Below are positions 53,711 through 64,000 of a stretch of 64,000 nucleotides of DNA, piece by piece (positions within the stretch are counted from its first letter, which is position 1; each line of letters starts with the position of its first letter). The DNA is taken from the NCBI RefSeq assembly GCF_009914755.1, contig NC_060948.1. One strand, written 5' to 3'. Origin of the DNA: the human T2T-CHM13v2.0 reference genome, Homo sapiens. The notes beneath the pieces were generated by a model. That model did no database searches. It was given only the letters and a program-made list of their open reading frames with translations, and was not told where the DNA came from. The position numbers and the translations under genes were made by a program.

Positions 53711-55265
53711 GTATACATTATGTATATAATAATATACAGTATCATATATATAATATATATAACCTATGTATAATATTGTTTTACATCCTGCATCTTATGT
53801 TATATATATTGTATAAAATATAATAATTGATAATATATAAGTTTTATATCTATACAATATGACATATAGTATATATTATAATTTATGACATATATAATAT
53901 ATGTTATATATCATATATAGAATATATTATACGGTTAATATACGTATTAAATATAAATTATACATTATATATATTATATATAATATATCTGTTATATATA
54001 ATACCCATTATGCATAATATATATATTATGTCTATGTTATATATAGTATAAAACAACATATAATAATATATAATTGTATATATAAAATGCGACATAATAT
54101 ATATATTATATTTTATAACATATGTAATATATATTATATATTATATATAATACGTTGTATGTATAATACCTATATTAAATATATATTATATGACTATGTT
54201 ATTAATTACATGTCACATGTGTTATATATTATATATTTTACATAGAATATACCGGTTACATACAATATATACTATGTTACCTATTATGTATAATTTATTA
54301 CATGTAAAATAAAGAATGCAATATATTATGTATAATTTATAATATACAATATGTGGAATGAGATATATATAACATATAATATATGATATATGATATACAG
54401 TATATGATATATAACATACAATATATGATTCCTAATATATATGGTATACAATATATATTTTATGATATGTATTCTATATGTTTTATATTCTGTTATATAT
54501 AACTATTTGAAATTATATATAACTGTATAATATTTTATGTAAATATGTAATATAATATATATAACTATATAATATATTATATATAACTATATATTATGTT
54601 ATATACACTTTTATAACATAATTTACATAAAATATCATAATATAATATATATTATATTATTTCATATTACATAATATATATTACATATCACCCAATATAA
54701 CTAACATACATAATATTATAATATAGATTATATTATGTTATATGAAATATCATATATATCATGTATCATATATTCTATAATATATATTACACATTATAAA
54801 ATATGTATGTTGTCTATTATGTGATATATATAACTCTATATATAATTATATTATTATACATATAACTAGATAAACATGTAAGTCTACATATTTTCATTTA
54901 TAATATGTAGAATTATATAATCATATATAATTATTTATATTCTATAAAAAATTTTATCATTATATAAATTATAATATATAAAAATTATAATATGTACTAC
55001 AAATATATATATTATATATCATATATGATATAGTACCTTTGTTATATATCATAATACATATAAATGTGTATTATGTTATCTATAATTATATAATTTCATA
55101 TATAAGATGTATAATATGTATCATATATTATATATGTTATGTAATATACATAGTATATATAAGATGACACAGGATAAATATTATATACTATGACATATAA
55201 AATATATCCGGTTATATGTTACGTATAAGGCATAGCACATAACATGTAATATATATCATATATAA
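53711..55265. repeat. Extremely AT-rich low-complexity tract (~1.55 kb) of DYZ2; also at ~56132-57686, ~58552-60104, ~60970-62522, with a truncated copy at 52096-52845
   Basis: Degenerate TA/TAA/TTA/CATAT runs with very few G or C, conserved almost base for base between units. Confidence 0.92.
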
Positions 55266-55557
<292 letters not shown>

Positions 55558-56131
55558 AGATCCATATTTTTTAAATGAAAAAAAATTTCAAAGGTACTCT
55601 GCTTGGTACAATAATCAAATGTATAAACTGAGGAATAAAACATAACCATGAAACCTACTTATAACTGCATATGGAAAATACAGAGGATAATTTTTTAAAT
55701 AACATATTTTGAAAGCCTTAACTAGTAATTTGAAGAGCTGGCATTTGAAAGGCCAGTATGAATATACCTTCAAAGCAGCAACACAGGTTTCCCCAAGAGA
55801 AAAAGCAAACACAGGGAAAATAAAAACACAAAGGTTCAATCTCTTCTGACCTTTGAAAGACACAGCACAGACAGTGGTCCTTAGGACGAAGAGCAGGAGA
55901 CCCCTAATTCCGTCACCATGGCGATAGGGCATAAACATTGCTGGGTGAGGGCACAATCCACATTGTGAGGTCCAACTGCTGCCAGGAAGACAGGAGTGCT
56001 TTTACATAGACCGAAAGGTCATTGAAGGCTCAGAATTTTGTTTCAAGAACTGAATCCCAAGCCCACACGTTATTAGGCTGCGCTTCTTAAAACAAGTTAT
56101 GAGATGGGAAAAAGGGCACCCACAAACATAC
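55558..56131. repeat. HSATI-like core of DYZ2 unit 2
   Basis: Near-identical to 53138-53710. Confidence 0.8.
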
Positions 56132-57663
56132 GTATACATTATGTATATAATAATATACAGTATCATATATATAATATATATAACCTATGTATAATATTGT
56201 TTTACATCCTGCATCTTATGTTATATATATTGTATAAAATATAATAATTGATAATATATAAGTTTTATATTTATACAATATGACATATAGTATATATTAT
56301 AATTTATGACATATATAATATATGTTATATATCATATATAGAATATATTATACGGTTAATATACGTATTAAATATAAATTATACATTATATATATTATAT
56401 ATAATATATCTGTTATATATAATACCCATTATGCATAATATATATATTATGTCTATGTTATATATAGTATAAAACAACATATAATAATATATAATTGTAT
56501 ATATAAAATGCGACATATAATATATATTACATTTTATAACATATGTAATATATATTATATATTATATGTAATACGTTGTATGTATAATACCTATATTAAA
56601 TATATATTATATGACTATGTTATTAATTACATGTCACATGTGTTATATATTATTTATTTTACACAGAATATACCGGTTATATACAATATATACTATGTTA
56701 CCTACAATGTATAATTTATTACATGTAAAATAAAGAATGCAATATATTATGTATAATTTATAAAATACAATATGTGGAATGTGATATATATAACATATAA
56801 TATATGATATAGGATATACAGTATATGATATATAACATACAATATATGATACCTAATATATATGGTATACAATATATATTTTATGACATGTATTCTCTAT
56901 GTTTTATATTCTGTTATATATAACTATTTGAAATTATGTATAACTGTATAATATTTTATGTAAATATGTAATATAATATATATAAAAATATAATATATTA
57001 TATATAACTATATATTATGTTATATATAATTTTATAACATAATTTACATAAAATATCATAATATAATATATATTATATTATTTCATACTACATAATATAT
57101 ATTACATATCTCCCAATATAAGTAACATATATAATATTATAATATAGATTATATTATGTTATATTAAATATCATATATATCATGTATCATATATTCTATA
57201 ATATATATTATACATTATATAATATGTGTGTTGTCTATTATGTGATATATATAACTATATATATAATTATATTATTATACATATAACTAGATAAACATGT
57301 AATTCTACATATTTTCATTTATAATATATAGAATTATATAATCATATATAATTATTTATATTCTATAAAAAATTATATCATTATATAAATTATAATATAT
57401 AAAAATTATAATATGTACTACAAATATATATATTATATATCATATATGATATAGTACCTTTGTTATATATCATAATACATATAAATGTGTATTATGTTAT
57501 CTATAATTATATAATTTCATATATAAGATGTATAATATGTATTATATATTATATATGTTATGTAATATATATAGTATATATAAGATGACACAGGATAAAT
57601 ATTATATACTATGACATATAAAATATATGAGGTTATATGTTACATATAAGGCATAGCACATAA

Positions 57664-57978
<315 letters not shown>

Positions 57979-58551
57979 AGATCCATATTTTTTAAATGAA
58001 AAAAAATTTCAAAGGTACTCTGCTTGGTACAATAATGAAATGTATAAACTGAGGAATAAAACATAACCATGAAACCTACTTATAAATGCATATGGAAAAT
58101 ACAGAGGATAATTTTTTAAATAACATATTTTGAAAGCCTTAACTAGTAATTTGAAGAGTTGGCATTTGAAAGGCCAGTATGAATATACCTTCAAAGCAGC
58201 AACACAGGTTCCCCATGAGAAAAAGCAAACTCAGGGAAAATAAAACCACAAAGGTTCAATCTCTTCTGACCTTTGAAAGACACAGCACAGACAGTGGTCC
58301 TTAGGACGAAGAGCAGGAGACCCCTAATTCCGTCACCATGGCGATAGGGCATAAACATTGCTGGGTGAGGGCACAATCCACATTGTGAGGTCCAACTGCT
58401 GCCAGGAAGACAGGAGTGCTTTTACATAGACCGAAAGGTCATTGAAAGCTCAGAGTTTTGTTTCAAGAACTGAATCCCAAGCCCACACGTTATTAGGCTG
58501 CGCTTCTTAAAACAAGTTATGAGATGGGAAAAAGGGCACCCACAAACATAG
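57979..58551. repeat. HSATI-like core of DYZ2 unit 3
   Basis: Near-identical to 53138-53710. Confidence 0.8.
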
Positions 58552-60081
58552 GTATACATTATGTATATAATAATATACAGTATCATATATATAATATATA
58601 TAACGTATGTATAATATTGTTTTACATCCTGCATCTTATGTTATATATATTGTATAAAATATAATAATTGATAATATATAAGTTTTATATTTATACAATA
58701 TGACATATAGTATATATTTTAATTTATGACATATATAATATATGTTATATATCATATATAGAATATATTATACGGTTAATATACGTATTAAATATAAATT
58801 ATACATTATATATATTATATATATTATATCTGTTATATATAATACCCATTATGCATAATATATATATTATGTCTATGATATATATAGTACAAAACAACAT
58901 ATAATAATATATAATTGTATATATAAAATGCGACATATAATATATATTATATTTTATGACATATGTAATATATATTATATATTATATATAATGCGTTGTA
59001 TGTATAATACCTATATTAAATATACATTACATGACTATGTTATTAATTACATGTCACATGTGTTATATATTATTTATTTTACATAGAATATACCGGTTAC
59101 ATACAATATATAGTATGTTACCTATAATGTATAATTTATTACATGTAAAATAAAGAATGCAATATATTATGTATAATTTATAATATACAATATGTGGAAT
59201 GTGATATATATAACATATAATATATGATATATGATATAGAGTATATGATATATAACATACAATATATGATACCTAATATATATGATATACAATATATATT
59301 TTATGATATGTATTCTATATGTTATATATTCTGTTATATATAACTGTTTGAAATTATATATAACTGTATAATATTTTAGGTAAATATGTAATATAATATA
59401 TATAACTTTATAATATATTATATATAACTATATATTATGTTATATATACTTTTATAACATAATTTACATAAAATATCATAATATAATATATATTATATTA
59501 TTTCATATTACATAATATATATTACATATCACCCAATATAAGTAACATACATAATATTATAATATAGATTATATTATCTTATATTAAATATCATATATAT
59601 CATGTATCATATATTCTATAATATATATTATACATTATATAATATGTATGTTGTCTATTATGTGATATATATAACTATATATAATTATATTATTATACAT
59701 ATAACTAGATAAACATGTAATTCTACATATTTTCATTTATAATATATAGAATTATATAATCATATATAATTATTTATATTCTATAAAAAATTATATCATT
59801 ATATAAATTAGAATATATAAAAATTATAATATGTACTACAAACATATATATTATATATCATATATGATATAGTACCTTTGTTATATATCATAATACATAT
59901 AAATGTGTATTATGTTATCTATAATTATATAATTTCATATATAAGATGTATAATATGTATTATTTATTATATACGTTATGTAATATATATAGTATATATA
60001 AGCTGACACAGGATAAATATTATATACTATGACATATAAAATATATGAGGTTATATGTTACATATAAGGCATAGCATATAA

Positions 60082-60396
<315 letters not shown>

Positions 60397-60969
60397 AGAT
60401 CCATATTTTTTAAATGAAAAAAAATTTCAAAGGTACTCTGCTTGGTACAATAATGAAATGTATAAACTGAGGAATAAAACATAACCATGAAACCTACTTA
60501 TAAATGCATATGGAAAATACAGAGGATAATTTTTTAAATAACATATTTTGAAAGCCTTAACTAGTAATTTGAAGAGTTGGCATTTGAAAGGCCAGTATGA
60601 ATATACCTTCAAAGCAGCAACACAGGTTCCCCATGAGGAAAAGCAAACTCAGGGAAAATAAAACCACAAAGGTTCAATCTCTTCTGACCTTTGAAAGACA
60701 CAGCACAGACAGTGGTCCTTAGGACGAAGAGCAGGAGACCCCTAATTCCGTCACCATGGCGATAGGGCATAAACATTGCTGGGTGAGGGCACAATCCACA
60801 TTGTGAGGTCCAACTGCTGCCAGGAAGACAGGAGTGCTTTTACATAGACCGAAAGGTCATTGAAGGCTCAGAGTTTTGTTTCAAGAACTGAATCCCAAGC
60901 CCACACGTTATTAGGCTGCGCTTCTTAAAACAAGTTATGAGATGGGAAAAAGGGCACCCACAAACATAC
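60397..60969. repeat. HSATI-like core of DYZ2 unit 4
   Basis: Near-identical to 53138-53710. Confidence 0.8.
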
Positions 60970-62499
60970 GTATACATTATGTATATAATAATATACAGTA
61001 TCATATATATAATATATATAACCTATGTATAATATTGTTTTACATCCTGCATCTTATGTTATATATATTGTATAAAATATAATAATTGATAATATATAAG
61101 TTTTATATTTATACAATATGACATATAGTATATATTATAATTTATGACATATATAATATATGTTATATATCATATATAGAATATATTATACGGTTAATAT
61201 ACGTATTAAATATAAATTATACATTATATATATTATATATATTATATCTGTTATATATAATACCCATTATGCATAATATATATATTATGTCTATGATATA
61301 TATAGTACAAAACAACATATAATAATATATAATTGTATATATAAAATGCGACATATAATATATATTATATTTTATGACATATGTAATATATATTATATAT
61401 TATATATAATGCGTTGTATGTATAATACCTATATTAAATATACATTACATGACTATGTTATTAATTACATGTCACATGTGTTATATATTATTTATTTTAC
61501 ATAGAATATACCGGTTACATACAATATATAGTATGTTACCTATAATGTATAATTTATTACATGTAAAATAAAGAATGCAATATATTATGTATAATTTATA
61601 ATATACAATATGTGGAATGTGATATATATAACATATAATATATGATATATGATATAGAGTATATGATATATAACATACAATATATGATACCTAATATATA
61701 TGATATACAATATATATTTTATGATATGTATTCTATATGTTATATATTCTGTTATATATAACTGTTTGAAATTATATATAACTGTATAATATTTTAGGTA
61801 AATATGTAATATAATATATATAACTTTATAATATATTATATATAACTATATATTATGTTATATATACTTTTATAACATAATTTACATAAAATATCATAAT
61901 ATAATATATATTATATTATTTCATATTACATAATATATATTACATATCACCCAATATAAGTAACATACATAATATTATAATATAGATTATATTATCTTAT
62001 ATTAAATATCATATATATCATGTATCATATATTCTATAATATATATTATACATTATATAATATGTATGTTGTCTATTATGTGATATATATAACTATATAT
62101 AATTATATTATTATACATATAACTAGATAAACATGTAATTCTACATATTTTCATTTATAATATATAGAATTATATAATCATATATAATTATTTATATTCT
62201 ATAAAAAATTATATCATTATATAAATTAGAATATATAAAAATTATAATATGTACTACAAACATATATATTATATATCATATATGATATAGTACCTTTGTT
62301 ATATATCATAATACATATAAATGTGTATTATGTTATCTATAATTATATAATTTCATATATAAGATGTATAATATGTATTATTTATTATATACGTTATGTA
62401 ATATATATAGTATATATAAGCTGACACAGGATAAATATTATATACTATGACATATAAAATATATGAGGTTATATGTTACATATAAGGCATAGCATATAA

Positions 62500-62814
<315 letters not shown>

Positions 62815-63387
62815 AGATCCATATTTTTTAAATGAAAAAAAATTTCAAAGGTACTCTGCTTGGTACAATAATGAAATGTATAAACTGAGGAATAAAACAT
62901 AACCATGAAACCTACTTATAAATGCATATGGAAAATACAGAGGATAATTTTTTAAATAACATATTTTGAAAGCCTTAACTAGTAATTTGAAGAGTTGGCA
63001 TTTGAAAGGCCAGTATGAATATACCTTCAAAGCAGCAACACAGGTTCCCCATGAGGAAAAGCAAACTCAGGGAAAATAAAACCACAAAGGTTCAATCTCT
63101 TCTGACCTTTGAAAGACACAGCACAGACAGTGGTCCTTAGGACGAAGAGCAGGAGACCCCTAATTCCGTCACCATGGCGATAGGGCATAAACATTGCTGG
63201 GTGAGGGCACAATCCACATTGTGAGGTCCAACTGCTGCCAGGAAGACAGGAGTGCTTTTACATAGACCGAAAGGTCATTGAAGGCTCAGAGTTTTGTTTC
63301 AAGAACTGAATCCCAAGCCCACACGTTATTAGGCTGCGCTTCTTAAAACAAGTTATGAGATGGGAAAAAGGGCACCCACAAACATAC
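62815..63387. repeat. HSATI-like core of DYZ2 unit 5
   Basis: Near-identical to 53138-53710. Confidence 0.8.
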
Positions 63388-63420
63388 GTATACATTATGT
63401 ATATAATAATATACAGTATC

Positions 63421-64000
63421 ATATATATAATATATATAACCTATGTATAATATTGTTTTACATCCTGCATCTTATGTTATATATATTGTATAAAATATAA
63501 TAATTGATAATATATAAGTTTTATATTTATACAATATGACATATAGTATATATTATAATTTATGACATATATAATATATGTTATATATCATATATAGAAT
63601 ATATTATACGGTTAATATACGTATTAAATATAAATTATACATTATATATATTATATATATTATATCTGTTATATATAATACCCATTATGCATAATATATA
63701 TATTATGTCTATGATATATATAGTACAAAACAACATATAATAATATATAATTGTATATATAAAATGCGACATATAATATATATTATATTTTATGACATAT
63801 GTAATATATATTATATATTATATATAATGCGTTGTATGTATAATACCTATATTAAATATACATTACATGACTATGTTATTAATTACATGTCACATGTGTT
63901 ATATATTATTTATTTTACATAGAATATACCGGTTACATACAATATATAGTATGTTACCTATAATGTATAATTTATTACATGTAAAATAAAGAATGCAATA
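63421..64000. repeat. DYZ2 unit 6, partial (AT-rich tract cut by the window end)
   Basis: Matches 61003-61582. Confidence 0.9.

Noticed and set aside
54353-54360. Isolated GTGGAATG inside the DYZ2 AT tract as a DYZ1 remnant or recombination seed
   Set aside because: It is a single pentamer-length match and the observed junction does not use it.

Overview
This window is human male-specific Yq12-type constitutive heterochromatin spanning a boundary between two satellite blocks. It contains no credible gene. Positions 1-52095 are a head-to-tail array of about 14.7 copies of the ~3.55 kb DYZ1 unit (Human Satellite 3, degenerate GGAAT pentamers, G-rich strand on +), with one EcoRI and one HaeIII/StuI site per unit. 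Positions 52096-64000 begin a DYZ2 (HSat1B) array of ~2.42 kb units, each made of an extremely AT-rich tract, a diverged minus-strand Alu and a ~570 bp HSATI-like core. All listed ORFs are translation artefacts of the repeats. I found no evidence of a new biological system. The observations worth follow-up are: a blunt DYZ1/DYZ2 junction with 3-bp microhomology, followed by a DYZ2 unit lacking ~770 bp; up to three perfect, partly polymorphic heat-shock elements per DYZ1 unit; recent duplications and mosaic variant sharing between non-adjacent units; and unit-length arithmetic fully explained by pentamer slippage plus four 1-bp deletions. All comparisons were done by eye, so coordinates may be off by a few bases.
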